A DNA stretch of 64,000 bases from the NCBI GenBank assembly GCA_051362555.1, contig CM120643.1, positions 14,916,644 through 14,980,643 on the forward strand. The letters run 5' to 3'. The DNA is from Lingula anatina. Lineage: Eukaryota > Animalia > Brachiopoda. Of this stretch, positions 23,740 to 37,509 are shown piece by piece (position 1 is the stretch's first letter; the number at the start of each line of letters is the position of its first letter). A program made the position numbers and the translations under genes. Below the pieces are notes generated by a model. That model worked only from the letters and a program-made list of their open reading frames with translations. It ran no database searches and was not told the origin of the DNA.

Positions 23740-25626
23740 TTACCGCCTGCCTCTCCCACGCCCTCCACCTGGGCCGCCTCTCCCTCCTCTACCACCACGG
23801 CCGCCTCTCCCTCTGCCACGCCCTCTGCCCATACCTGGAGCACATGAAAACAATATGAATTAATAAAATCCTAGTGCTAATAAGGGCATGTGATTATTAC
23901 TTTTAAATAGTCTATAGAAATTAACAAATGTGGAAAACAACAAGGCATTTCACTACAGATTTAAAGACTGTCAGATCATCTTTTTTCATCTGGATATATG
24001 AAACATATCATTGCAATATTTTATCAAATATGCATGTTGAATAAATGCAGATTTGGTTATTTCTTTCATAAACCCTTCTCCTTTTCCTCCCATCTTAACA
24101 CTTACTATACACACATACATCATAGGCCTAGTAACTTTTTTTCCACACACAAAATTATATATGCCACAAACCTGCTTTTTCCTTCCTTGCCTTGGCTTTG
24201 GGTGTGTCGTCAACCAGTAGTGTGTCCAGAGGCAGGCTGTCTGGCAGGATGAAGTAACGGATATTATTGCCGCGTATACTCAGTGTGTCTATCTGGACTG
24301 GGTCTCTGTTCTTAACTGTCATTTTTACTGCCTTCAGATGTGTGTTCATACTGACGTCAACGCCTGAAATACAGCAGCAGCACTTAACGTCAGGAAGTCC
24401 AATAACATAATTTTTTTTGTTTTTTTTTTAAATGTAAAAAATCTCAGCCAATTTTCCTTTCCTTCACTCAATAATCAATGTAATTGAGGCATCTCATTAT
24501 TTTATAATGAATCAAAGTATCAACAAGATATGTTTTGTGAACCTTTATTGACTCCCCCCCCCCCCCCTTTCCCCATCCACCCACCCAACACAGTCAAGTT
24601 TTTTTTTATGCAGGTTTCACAGTTTTTGGCCATATCAGCATTCTTTTTTCTATTCAAATGACAGGTTGAAAAACCCCATTCTCACACAACAAATTTTATT
24701 CAGGTGACTGAAAACCTTTACCTGTGATTGTTCCATGCACCTGTGTACCATTCTTTAGTTCAATGGTAACTGTCTCATGGCTGAGCTTCATAAGAAACCT
24801 AGAACAAAAGCAAACATGGAAATAAATACAAAAGTGCAGGGTATATGTGGGCAATGCTGCCCAAGGGAGCCAGTCCACAAGATGTTCAGTTTTTGACTTA
24901 GTTCTTCTTAATTGTTTATGTTTTGTCCAGCTGTCATTCGGACGGCCCCTGGCATCAATATTTTCACAGACGGCTTATTTATTTATTTATTTTTTTTTTT
25001 TTGAAAATGATGGCTTAAACTCCCTAAAATTTTGAAGGAAATTACAAGTGATAATTTGGGACGGTTTGTAGCTCAAATCCTGGGAAAGCCCTGTTTTCGG
25101 GAAGATCACTTCAAGATGGCTTAGTCTTTACTGCAAAAAGAGTCCAGTACGTCTAACCAGCTTCTAGGACGATTACGATTGAAGACAACTAATATCTAAG
25201 CCTGCTAGCGTTCATATGCAAGTGTTCACCACATAATGATAAAATATATATACTTTACGAATGTAACTGAAAATATCTGTCACAGCAAACTGTAGCAGAT
25301 TTTGCACTAAACAACCAAAGGACAACAAATACAGCGGAACTTAAGCCCAGCGATGCAGTAGATATATGCAAATAGTTACTCGTTTACGTGGTCAGTAAAA
25401 TCAAATCTATGGACTTCTTTAACGATAAACTGTGCAAAGAACACACGCATTAGGACAAAGTACAGTCACGGTAAAAAGCCGGTCAATAGAGGACCGCCTA
25501 CGATAAATATATGACAGCTTGGAAAGTACCGAAAGCTACTTCAAAATTAAACGCAAATTGCATAGCATATACATTTGTTCTGCATTATCTCCAACCAGAA
25601 ATATATCCTTACCTTACTAGCTTCAT
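23740..25626 (-). CDS. SNRPD1: Small nuclear ribonucleoprotein Sm D1, 4 coding exons, 125 aa
   Basis: Exons 25626-25613, 24798-24722, 24363-24172, 23834-23740 (378 nt). Translation [41 protein letters not shown]...[21 protein letters not shown]... with an RG-rich tail. Confidence 0.98.
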
Positions 25627-25844
25627 GATGGCTTGGATTTTATAACCCAAACACAATGATTTAGAACAACAATGGCGCCTTCACGTTGGAATCACGCTCT
25701 GCCTCGTTTTGGGTTTGTTTACGGGAAGCGGTGAAGTGCAACTGGCTTGAGCTTGCAACCGTCGCGTATCTCGCCAAGCCTCTTTAATCAGGGTCACAGT
25801 CATATATGTCACCCCAGGCCAGAAAACTAATGTAAACCTGAATG

Positions 25845-25988
25845 TTTAAATTATTGTATTTCTTTTTATCAAGAGCTTATAAAATATGTAGGTATTACCT
25901 CCAATATTTCTAATATTAAACAGAAATATTGGAGGTAATGCCTACATATTTTATAAGCTCTTGATAAAAAGAAAAACAATAATCTAAA
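25845..25988. repeat. AT-rich long inverted repeat upstream of SNRPD1
   Basis: ~67-bp near-perfect arms (25845-25911 and 25922-25988) around a 10-nt loop. Confidence 0.85.
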
Positions 25989-26169
25989 TTGATACATACA
26001 GAGCTAATGAAACTCTTCTCTTATAAACCTGAATGGTTTTACAGGGCCAAAGACTGGGAATTGGGGTGGATCATATAATTCCAATTTTAATTTTTTCTAC
26101 TGGTTTTGGATAGAGTGCATTTCAATTTTTTTAAGTAGGCCTAGATTGAAAGAGCTGTCTTAACTTGAA

Positions 26170-27013
26170 GAGTGAAATGATTAAGAGAGAAATGAATGGA
26201 TTAAAAGGACTTGATGTCAGAGTAAAGACATATGCTGAATATGAGATTTTCTGATGATACAGCTATCACCAGAATGGAATCTCCAGGCACTATTTATTAC
26301 ATGGGAGATGAAAGCAGAAAAATGGCCCTCACAATAAACTGCAAGAAAATCGAATTTATGCTCCTTAGAAGGAAAAAGCAGCACCAGGTCTGTAAACTGA
26401 AAGTAGAAATTTCATCAAGCATGTCGAGAGGTTCAATTACCTAGGAAGCATGATAATCGATGATGGCAGGTGTGAGGCAGAAACCAGAATAAGCTAAAAT
26501 TGAAAAAAAAAATCGTTTTAGAAAATGCGCAAAATACTTACAGACAGGAAAAATGAAATTGGAAAGAAAAATTTAGAGTTCTACAGTGTTTCATTTATTC
26601 TATACTAACCTTTGTCAGCGAGTGCTGGAATATTTCCAGGTCCATTGGTTGAAAGACTGCAGGCCGTAGAAATGTGATACAGAAGAACGGTGCTAAGACT
26701 ATTGTGGAGGGAATAAGGCATAGGGCCTATATCAGCAACGAATAAGTCCTAGAACGAGCTGGAAGGGAAAGAACTTTGTTTAGAACAATAAGAAAGAGGC
26801 ATTTAGAGTTTTTTGAACATGTGTTGAGGAAAGGAGGGTTGGATTGTTTAGCGGTCACAAGGAAAATCAAAGGAAAGAGATCAAAGCAGAAGAAGGCAAA
26901 GCGTCGGCTTTTTCAAGAGTTTTTAGATTTATGGATGGGTGACAGTGTAACAAATCTGAGATCATGTAAAAAAAATGTTGTGAAGGTCCATGACAGCCAA
27001 CGTCCATGACAGC

Positions 27014-27014
<1 letters not shown>
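26170..27014 (+). mobile_element. 5'-truncated, decayed RTE-clade LINE (RT C-terminal half)
   Basis: Broken frames show NMRFSDDTA (YADD region), FNYLGSMI.DDGRC, LQAVEM*YRR, IRKRHLEFFEHVLRK...KIKGKRS. Ends in a duplicated CCATGACAGCC followed by (CT)n(CA)n. Confidence 0.8.
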
Positions 27015-27055
<41 letters not shown>

Positions 27056-28205
27056 AACTCAATACGCGGTCAACTACTGCATTCTCCGAAGTCGGGTAGC
27101 AGCATTTGAGAGCTAGCATATGCAGTTGTCGCTGATATGTGAGATAAGACATACAAGTATATCGCGTCGCAAGAGGGTGGCAATGTATCAGGGTTATTGG
27201 CGTACATATCCCGACGTAACACCGAAATACCGAGAGAAAGTAGGCCTACTCGCATATTTCACCGAAAAAACGCCCTTAATATATCGAATAAAGCGTTAAT
27301 CGCCACGGTCACGTAACAGCTCCAGATATCAGAGATTATAATTATATGTATCAGCTGAGTGCACCCTGATAGAAATTAACAAAATTAGTTTCTGATGCTT
27401 CAATCCGACTGAACTGTCGAAATAAATCACTTTTGTCAAACTATCAGTAGTCACTCAAAAAAAGGGTTAGCGATGAAGCGTATTTCCACGAATGAAACGA
27501 TACGGGTATGATGTACTGCAAATCCAATTTTGATAAGGCTTACATCATATAAATTAACAGGTAATTAATGTATTTTTGGAAAGTATGACAAAGACTAAGC
27601 GAGATCTTCTTCTAAGGGTTTTCCCCAATAGATAAAGTCTTGTGATTTATTCAAATTTTTATCATTTCCGACGATAATACGCAATGTTTAGAAGGCTAGG
27701 GAAGCTGAAAAAATTATTACAATTTGACAACGCACTGAGCTGTTGACAATTACGAGACGCTATAAAACTTGATGGTGCTAATCAAAGTCCAAAAACCGAC
27801 AGAAAAAAAGGAAACAACTTTGCCTCTAAATAACCAGTCAGGAAATGTAAGTTGACGTCTTTATTACTGGTGTGAACGGGATAGATATTGAGAACATCAT
27901 TAAGACTTGTTTTAAGCTTGGTTATTTATTTCATTAGTTTTATCAACATTTTACCTACAAGGTGTTTACGAAATCTGTTCACTTATGAAAAAAATATAGA
28001 AAACAGTTGGATTTTTCCGACTTCCCCCGTACAATGTACGAATGTTAAATGCGCATCTCTCTGGGCCTGGCCCATTTACTTGTAAGTAAGTGACATTAGC
28101 GCAAACCCATTATACATGTTATACGTAACACTATACATAAATTAAGACACTTGTCTAAAATGTTTCCTGTGATATTCAAAAGCAAAGCTTTCCCGGTGCC
28201 ACTCA

Positions 28206-28771
28206 ATTCTAAACAAATAAAAGGTTTTCATCAGAATACCAGTATATTCATTTTGTTCGCCGGCATATCGCAAGCTAAATCCAATATGATGTTTTTTGGG
28301 CTTGATTTAAAGTCAACTTACGAGTATAGTGAACAGAAATTCTTATAAAAAAATACTGTTTACAAAATTTCCTGATGTCATCAGCGTTTTTCAATTACAT
28401 ACCAGATGGCATATAAGCGGGCGAAGACAGCAGCGGGGACGTACCCCACCCCCTTACTGTGGATGCAAAATAGCATGGAAAAAGCTCTATTCTAAACAAA
28501 TAAAAGGTTTTCATCAGAATACCAGTATATTCATTTTGTTCGCCGGCATATCGCAAGCTAAATCCAATATGATGTTTTTTGGGCTTGATTTAAAGTCAAC
28601 TTACGAGTATAGTGAACAGAAATTCTTATAAAAAAATACTGTTTACAAAATTTCCTGATGTCATCAGCGTTTTTCAATTACATACCAGATGGCATATAAG
28701 GGGGCGAAGACAGCAGCGGGGACGTACCCCACCCCCTTACTGTGGATGCAAAATAGCATGGAAAAAGCTCT
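28206..28771. repeat. Near-perfect 283-bp tandem duplication
   Basis: 28206-28488 is repeated at 28489-28771, with about one difference (ATAAGCGGGCG vs ATAAGGGGGCG). Confidence 0.95.
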
Positions 28772-29280
28772 ATTTCAATGAAATTCTGTTATATTTTTGA
28801 TATTTCATCTATGCAAAGGTGTCGAAAGAAGCGAGAGAAAAATTAGCCCTTATTTCCTGCCTTTTGGCAGAATCTTTGATAGCCCAGTGACACTGTGCAT
28901 CACTTCGTCTAGTTCTTAACTCAGAAACATTTTCATCTTCTGGCTTTGGTCAAGCAAGCAGTAACAAAAGCAACACAACATGAACACTGGAGCTCTAATT
29001 TGTTTTAATTCCATTTCTTGATCTAGTTTCATAACCTTTATTAAAAGCTTACTTCTAAAAACAAACTTACAAAGTTTTCTAATGTATTTCATTAACTAAG
29101 TATTTTTCCTGGTTTTATATTAAATATAATGATAATAACAAGTGCTGTTTTAGTGTCAGGAATTAACACTTAAAATAAGATACTTGAGATCTAACAGGAT
29201 TCTCCAAATAAGAATTTATTATCAGTATAACGAGACATAGAAATATGTCCTACATCTGTCCTAAAATTTTGCTAACAGAA

Positions 29281-32200
29281 TCAATAATCCCACTCCTGTC
29301 GCTTCTTAGGTTTCCTTGCTAAATCAGGATTGAACTGTGAGTTGTATTTTCTCTGTCTGTCATCTGTTATCACCTCTTCTTCTCCTGGTATTTTCTCTCC
29401 TCTCAGCTTAGCAAGCAGCTGCTCAGTTTTAAGTTTTTCCTCCTGTTCTCTTTTTAATCTTTCAGCTCTTAGTTGTTCAATAGTTTTTTTACTGCTACTA
29501 CTACTGCTGCTGCTCCCACCTGACTTATGTTTGTGGGTATCCCTGTCCTTGTGCTTATGCTTGTGCTTCTTTTCATAGTCCTTCAACATGAAAATAATGA
29601 AAAAAAAAATTAATATATTTAATTATAATTAATAAAAAATTAATAAAATTAATAAAAGTGTTAAGCTCTTTTTATGTCAAATTTTGAATAGAGGAGAATA
29701 GTTTTATAGTAAGTTTCATAGTAAGAACCAGTGCCGTTTCAAAACTTGTGTTGTTTGTTCAAGACTTAAGTTGTTTGCATACAAAGATAAATTAAATTAG
29801 GGCCAAGCACTGATGCAAAAAAGAAGCTATACAGTCAAATCTGTTTCTTTCTTTATTTCTTTTTTCATTGTCTTACTTTATGTTTATCCTTGTGTTTGTG
29901 TTTCTTCTTCTTTTCTACATATTCCTTCATCTTATGCAAAGGATCCAGTGAATGCTTCCTTTTCATGTCTTCTTCCCTGTAAAAATGAATATAATCAGGA
30001 ATGCATTTTCAGATTTACCAGATATGAAATAGATTATCACCAGGTAACGCATTCTTGGTAACAAACACTTGGTATAAATTATACTATAATTCAAGCTTTC
30101 AAAACAGATCTACATTTCAGAGACAAAATGTAATACAAAGTCTGTATTTCACTATGAGATTAAAGAAACATTAAGTCTAGTATCTATCAATACATAAAAA
30201 ATCTTTTGTAATCTTTTGTCAGAACTAACAAACATCAAATATGGGGCAGATTCCTCTCTCTCTCCATTCTTTTTTTTTTTTTTTTTTTGTAGTTTAGACT
30301 TAATTTAAACTTTACCCAATTTTCATGAAAGAACACTTTACACAAAGATTCAAACCAGATATGCATGTAAGCAAAACTTGAACTACACATAAGACATACA
30401 CTTTAAACTAGATACCAAACACATGATAATTCAGAAGAAAACAGAAAATGGATATGAGTGACATCACCTACATGTTTTCCTCCTCTTTTGATTTCTTCTT
30501 TGGAGGTTCTGAGTACCGGTAAATACCTGGCTTTGTGGCTGTAAATAATATGAAAAACTGTAAACAAAACATGTATCAACAGTTAAAGTGGTAATAACTG
30601 TTCATTTTGGCCAAAAAATGAATTTTCCTGGAGTAAACAGCAATTTTCCCATACTTACCAATGGTTAATGAATCCATTTCTACATTCAAAGTTAGTCCCT
30701 GTTTTTTTTCTAAAAAGTTTGTTTTTTATAATAATCTCTTGAGAGGTCCGGTGACAAGCTCTGATATCAGAATAATAGCTATAACTGTTGTTTTTGTGGT
30801 AAAACAGAATATATTATATTTCTATGAGTTGTTTACATGTTTTTATTGTGAAATATAGATCTCATACGAAGAGTTATTATCCCATTAAGAATAGTGACAA
30901 TTTTTCATTAAAAATAAACAAAAAAGATAGAGCCATCTGACAGAATGGGAGTCTAAATGGCAACAAGGTTTGAAACATTTTTTTTAGACAATTCATTTCT
31001 AAGATGACTTTCTAAACTATTCTATAATCGAGCAACCTTCAACCATATTCAATCCATACTTTTCGACTCCACTGAGCTTTGTCCAAGGTAGGTGAGAAGT
31101 CCTATGCTCTTCTCCCATTTTTCTTTTTCTTCCTTCTTTTCTTTTTCATGTTCTGCATTCACCTTCTTTTGCTTCATCTTAAAAATAAAGTTGAGACACC
31201 ACTGAAGTAAAGTTGTACATATCAGAGATGTTATAAATATACACATGTATCTGTATTTAATATTTTTCTATGATATGAATATTTTCTCAATTTGATATTT
31301 TTTCCACCTAATAATAATAATAAAAAAAAAACATTTATCTAATAGACCACAACTTTCAAATAGTTTCGCGAGATAACCCTTTAATTAAATATATCTAATA
31401 AGAAAAGAAGTTACAGGGATGATGTCATAAATCACAGATCAGAACAATTGAAAAACAAGGCAGCAAAGCTGTCAAATGTACAGACAAAGAACAGAAAATA
31501 AAGATGCAAATAAGTGAAAAATTAAATTTTCACAAAAAACTGTTAAATTGCCAGAAAAATTTACCAAACAGACTGCGTTGCCTATTGAAGCTGTATGTTA
31601 GACCCATGTTTCTTTCCTGTAAGTTTGAGAACAGTAAGTGACATGATTTCCCTTAAATGGTCATCATAGGAGCAGTGCCCAAAATAGGGGTTTCTTCAAA
31701 TTTTGATGCAACATTACATAATGTTTAACAGCATAATGACAATCAAATGTTATTAATAAAATATTAGTAACATGGACATTCAGAAAATGTGACAAGCAAA
31801 AGTCTTCAAGATCATGGAACTTTAAAGTCACACCTTGAAAATGCCAATATGTGAAAAATTAAATTTTCACAAAAAACTGTTTAACTGCCAAAAAAAAAAT
31901 AATAATAATAAATAAATAAACAAAAATACCAAACAGACTGCATTGCCTACTGAAGCTGTATTTTAGTCCCATGTTTCTTTCCTGTAAGTTTGAGAACAGT
32001 AAGTGACATGATTTTCCTTAAATGGTCATCATGGAAGCAGTGCCCAAAATAGGGGTTTCTTCAAATTTTGATGCAATATTACATAATCTTTAACAGCTTA
32101 ATGACCATCAATTTTTAATTATAAAATATTTGTTTCACAGATATTCAGAAAATGTGACTAGCAAGGTCTTCAGGCCCATGGAACTTCAAAGTCACGCCTT

Positions 32201-35200
32201 GAAAATGCCAAAATGTAAACAAGACAGCACTGTTCTGAAATGGGGTTATTTCCATTTTTAACACTTTTTTAACATAAAACAAAATAAACATTTTACTGCC
32301 ATTTTATATGACCAACTAAGAAAATTGATGAGATGGGAAAAGTATCAATAGAACAGTGTTAAATGTCCAATTTCCTCCATTCTGAGATTCTGAACATAGT
32401 GGATGATTGAATCTGACAAACTGCAATGATATGAGTTTATTTCCATTTTTGACACTTTATTACACAATACATGATAACAAGTTTACCATGTTTTTTACAT
32501 AATCAACTAACAATGTTGTAAAGATGCAGGAAATATCAAACAAACACTTTTAGGCATCTTATTAGTTAAATAATGAGACTGTTAACATGCCTAATAATTG
32601 AATCTGAGGAAATGTGAAAAACAGTATAACTTCTAAAATAATGGCCCGATTATGCTGATTTTCGAACTCAACCTGCGTTTTAGTAAGATTGACCACTCCT
32701 GTGAGTATAATTACAATTGGCCAATCCGTTTTTCTTATATTGTGTTATCAGTGTTGTATTTATATTGAAAATAGTGAAAAAAAAGCATAAATTCCCTAAA
32801 AATGGCCCAAGCATGCTGATTTTTGAACTTGACCTGCATATTATGAATATTCATCAGTTCTGTAAGTTTCAAGTCAAAAGGTAAAATGGTTTTCCACTTA
32901 TCGTGTTATCGGTGCTGCATATATGCTGAAAAAAGTGAAAAAACAGCATAAATTCCCTAAAAGTGACCCAATCATGCTGATTTTCGAACTTGACCTGCGT
33001 ATTATGAATATTCATCAGTTCTGTAAGTTTCAAGTCAAAAGGTAAAATGGTTTTCCACTTATCGTGTTATCGGTGCTGCATATATGCTGAAAAAAGTGAA
33101 AAAACAGCATAAATTCCCTAAAAGTGACCCGATCATGCTGATTTTCGAACTTGACCTGCGTATTATGAATATTCATCAGTTCTGCAAGTTTCAAGTCAAA
33201 AGGTAAAATGGTTTTCCACTTATCGTGTTATCGGTAAAAGTGCACGGCGACGACGGCGACGACATACGCAGATGATGGCTATATGTACAGACACATCTGT
33301 GTCTGTACATAACAAATAAAACATGATAATCATAAAGATAACATACCAAACTATTTTGGGTATGCAGATTCTATATAAATATTAATTGATTTTATGTTTT
33401 TAAAACATATCTTTAACCACAAGTTAACATTGTATGTATAAGGCTGTCTATTATGTAGCAATAGATCAACCTTTTGGAATATCCACTACCAAGCCCCTGT
33501 GACTGAATAATTATGCAATAAATGGATATTAAGGATGCTCTCTCACATTTTGATGAAAATTCTAAGACAAAATCGACTAACCATATGAGTAAAGTATATG
33601 AAAAAAATTGGGGGTAATCCAGTTAATTTTTGAGAGCTAGCGTCCTAAAGAAAACTTACAGAGTTTGTAAACAAGTTGTAAGAGGGTACTTTACATCATA
33701 AAAGTCCAAGCGTTCTTCCTAAATACAACATTTTGTTGACATATTCTTAACGCTTCGATCAAAATAACAACTTAGCTTCCATTAAAGGATGAATTACATA
33801 TTTTGTTGCACGACATATTTTGATCATTAGTAGCTGTCGTTAGAAAGTACTCAAACTAATATGAGAGAGAGAGCCTCCTTAAAAGATCATGTTTGATCTA
33901 ACCACTTCAGCTCCGAGCATACCCCTTGTTCAATATCACTGAAGAAATTGACATGCTGCCCGGCTTGGAATTCCACAACTTGTCTGTCTCCTTCGTATTC
34001 CTCATCGTCATCTCGCTGTCTGTGTTTTGCCCTCTGTCTTAGGAGATCAGTCCTTGCCTCGGATTCCTAGTTTTTCAAAAATTTAAAATAGATCCAAAAG
34101 ATTTCAAACTGATTTTATGAAATCTACACTTACCAAGTTTTACTTGGTTTAAGAATTAAGTTTCTTAATCTTGTATTGATGCAAACATAAAATGTCCATA
34201 TTTATGCTATATATATTGTTTGCCCTTAGAGGTGATAGTTGTAACCTCTACACTTCTACTTCATAATCTATATATGCAGGCAGCACCACTGAAATATGTA
34301 CATATGTACATTATAATGCTAATTATGATCATATGTTTTATGTACTAGTATTTATGCCTTGTTATGTAAACCTTTCATTTTAAATTTTCTGTTACAACTT
34401 CCATGAGAACAACCAATTTGCATTTACACATAAAAATGACCTTCCATTTATTTCATTTCTAATTTGAATTTGTAAGGATTGAGCACTAGTAAGGGTGCTT
34501 TCCCAGAGTTTTAGATCGATCTAAAGATAAAGATTTAGATTGACCTAACTCCCTGGGGGTTCACGCTAAATTGCAGTCAGCCGAGCGGGCACCATAGTTA
34601 ATTACCCCCTTACAGCTTTTAGTAGGCGGGACAGACGCTTAAGCCGGCCAAGCTGACAGTAATCTAGTGAGACTCCCCACAGGGATAGATCGATCTAAAA
34701 ATCTATGGAAATGGGGTGTAAGTGTAATCAACAAGCAAGATCTATTTCAAAGTCCTGTCTTTCTTTTTATATATATGGTAAAACCAGCGTAAAGGCATTA
34801 CAAAATGATATGAGGAGTGTGTCGAGTCACTGCAACTCACCGCTAATGCAATCCTCCTCTGGCGTTCTTTTTCCTCTTCTGCTGCCTGCTCCTCATCCCT
34901 TCGCACCCTTTCAATGTTCTTTTTGGTGCGAACATGCCAACTGAAATATATTTATGACTTTTATTAGTTGACTATTCATTACTGTTCTCTTCTACCCACC
35001 CTCAATTTCAGAGGTCAATGGAAACCTAACTGGAAACGACAGGTGCATGTTGATAGTAGCATGGGTGAAAGTTGTAAAGACTAAAAATCCTAGCATGAAA
35101 TTTCTCATCGCATTTTGACCATTAAATAAATGCACATAATGAGGACTGGAACCCTGAAATCAGGCATAATCCTGAAAACTTTCACCCTTGTACTTGACAG

Positions 35201-35702
35201 GCAAACTATAGGGCCTGTGATACTCTAGGTGCATAACATCATAACATAATCCACACCTACTAGTAGTAAATAGTTGCAACTGCTTATAGACATAATGCTA
35301 ACAGCTGGACTTTCTGAGCAACCTGCTTATAATACTCAGGATGTGATTTAGTGATGAGTAATGCCATATCACACAATTGCAGTACTTAAAGATAAAAATA
35401 TACCACAACTTGCAAGCAGAAATTAGGTTAGCACGGTTTTATGTGTTAATACTCCCACTGTTAGTCTATAATATATTTTTTTGTGTTAATCACACACGTA
35501 ATAGATATCAGAAACCATAAATAATGGGTGTTGACGCATGAAAATTCGTGCTAGCAGTGGGAGATCCAGAAGAAAATTTATGATATTTTATTATGGAATT
35601 TTGTTACTGTCAGTGTGTACATTAGCACATGTAAACATCGACGATCGAGGCTGAATGCGGAAGTAAGGATTTTACTTACTTTTTCTTAGGTAATATATTC
35701 AT
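29281..35702 (-). CDS. LENG1: Leukocyte receptor cluster member 1 homolog (CIR_N-domain protein), 7 coding exons, ~283 aa
   Basis: Exons 35702-35680, 34940-34841, 34066-33923, 31177-31060, 30538-30472, 29976-29877, 29580-29281 (852 nt, in phase). Motifs [60 protein letters not shown]. Confidence 0.92.
30587..30884. mobile_element. Kolobok-like MITE (TTAA TSD), copy 1, LENG1 intron 4
   Basis: TTAA|AGTGGTAATAACT...AGTTATTATCCCA|TTAA, closely similar to 40713-41049. Confidence 0.75.
31453..33313 (+). mobile_element. Helentron/HINE-like non-autonomous element with internal tandem repeats, LENG1 intron 3
   Basis: 5' subterminal ATGTACAGACA (31476-31486). 3' hairpin TATGTACAGACACA-TC-TGTGTCTGTACATA (33282-33311). 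Internal ~340-bp duplication (~31515-32210) and ~4 copies of a 161-bp monomer (anchor positions 32624, 32785, 32946, 33107). Superfamily assignment is inferred from architecture. Confidence 0.7.
34493..34718. mobile_element. Harbinger-like MITE (family also at ~45050-45330 and ~49850-49992)
   Basis: TAA flanks, inverted TTTTAGATCGATCTA / TAGATCGATCTAAAA. Internal sequence is shared with 49856-49950. Confidence 0.6.
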
Positions 35703-36638
35703 CCTGAAAAATACTTTTTCAACTCAAAATGCCATCACTTTCGTGGAAATATTTGATATGAACAGCAGCGTACAGAAAGTCTTGTATGTGTTTCATTCCT
35801 CCAAATTCGCAAGAGTGGAGCCGCAAAGATGCAACAGGGTGCAATAGTTCACCTTGGATGCAATAAATTTTTATTTAAAAGCTTAACATTTATTTTAACA
35901 TCTTCACTGAAACAATTGTATATCAAAGTTTGGTAGTGAATGTATTGGATAAGTCCCGTGCGACAACAATTTATTGAATGATATCATAGTTTGTCTTGGC
36001 AAACAATGTGACCTTTGACCTATGCCAGAAACCACTAACTGGACCTTGGCTGTGGAAGAGACTGTTTGGGCATGTTTGACACCATGGTAAGTATTCTGTC
36101 CATTTACGTCAGTGTAAAGTGACATGTCGTATTTCAACGACAGCAGGGATAACCAATTGCAAACATAATGAGTACAATATGTGTAAAAATTGGTTAAGTT
36201 GTTTTGTCCAAGGAAATCACAATCGTAATAATAGTGCGCTCGCCGGCTGACGATAATGAAACTGAAAGCCTTGCTAATCAGTGAATTGATATAATCGAAC
36301 AGGTTCAAGAGAACATTTTACAAACACGTTCTCTTCTTTGATGTTATGGAAGTTGTAATGTTCACATTCACCGCTTCACCGCCTCTCAGTATTTTCATTG
36401 TAAGGGACCAGACAAAATCGATATATACTAGTATATGTTGGTTAATGGCGTCAGCTCGTACTAATCGTAGACATTTTTTATCATTTATTTTTTCATTTCT
36501 TTATATTAAAAGCATATGATTTTTAACAAGCAAAGCAGCTAAATTTAAGGGTCGACACATCTTATTTTATTTATTTATTTTAATTTATTATTATTAATAT
36601 TATCATTATTATTATTATTAATTTGTTTATTGATTTTA

Positions 36639-37045
36639 GGCCACAGTAATTTAATTTTATTGATGACATTTGCCTGCACATTAATATTCACTGTTCTCAA
36701 AAAAAATTTTTTGAAATATCAGCTCCTTGGAACTCCAAAACTGACAGCATGCTGCAACTATCTGTGGGCATTTAAAATGCCTTGGTTGGTGCAAAACTTG
36801 TTTATCTTCTGCCAATCTGCTGAATTTGTCGAAAAATGAACCTTTTGCACTTTTTATAGTTTTAGTGTTCTCATCACGTAAAAAGATATGTAATTTGTTT
36901 GATACACTGTGTTCTGTGGTTCAGTTTGTGTTTCCAGCTGTGTATTCCTTTACTTCAGTACTTTTTAAAAAAAACTTTTTTGTCCTGTTATATGGGTTTC
37001 GAGGTCCCCAGAGGGTGTCATCCATAAAATTAAATGAATGTGGCA
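36639..37045. mobile_element. Decayed Harbinger-like MITE related to 59642-60623
   Basis: TTA|GGCCACAGTAATTTAATTTTATTGATGACA ... TGTCATCCATAAAATTAAATGAATGTGGCA|TTA. Confidence 0.6.
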
Positions 37046-37509
37046 TTATTTTTTGTGATGGTGGAGTGGTTTATCAATTTTTCCCAGTGCTGGTATTTTC
37101 ATGTGCACAACACATGGTCCTATTGCTCATTTGGAGGGGGAGAGAGGCAGTGGTTGGGAGCACATCTAGCACTTATATACTAAAGATTTTTTCCCCATTG
37201 TGTTATCCCTTTACATCACTAAATATATAAAACAATGTCAATATAATTGTTAGGAAGCTTTTATTTGAACATAATTTTAAACATGAGTGTTTGCTTCTTT
37301 ATATCCTATCTTTTATTTCAAGTGGCAATATGCAAAGCAATTTAAGGTTTAAAAAAAGTTCTTACCTGTATGGTACAGTACATGACTTTAAAGCACTCTC
37401 CTGTCAAAAGACAATAGGTCGCTCCGTGCTTTATTTCGTGTAAAGTCACGTCAACCACGAATGTGTTCCACGCAGCAATGCACAGGGTTAATTACTCGTG
37501 CTTTAAGCC

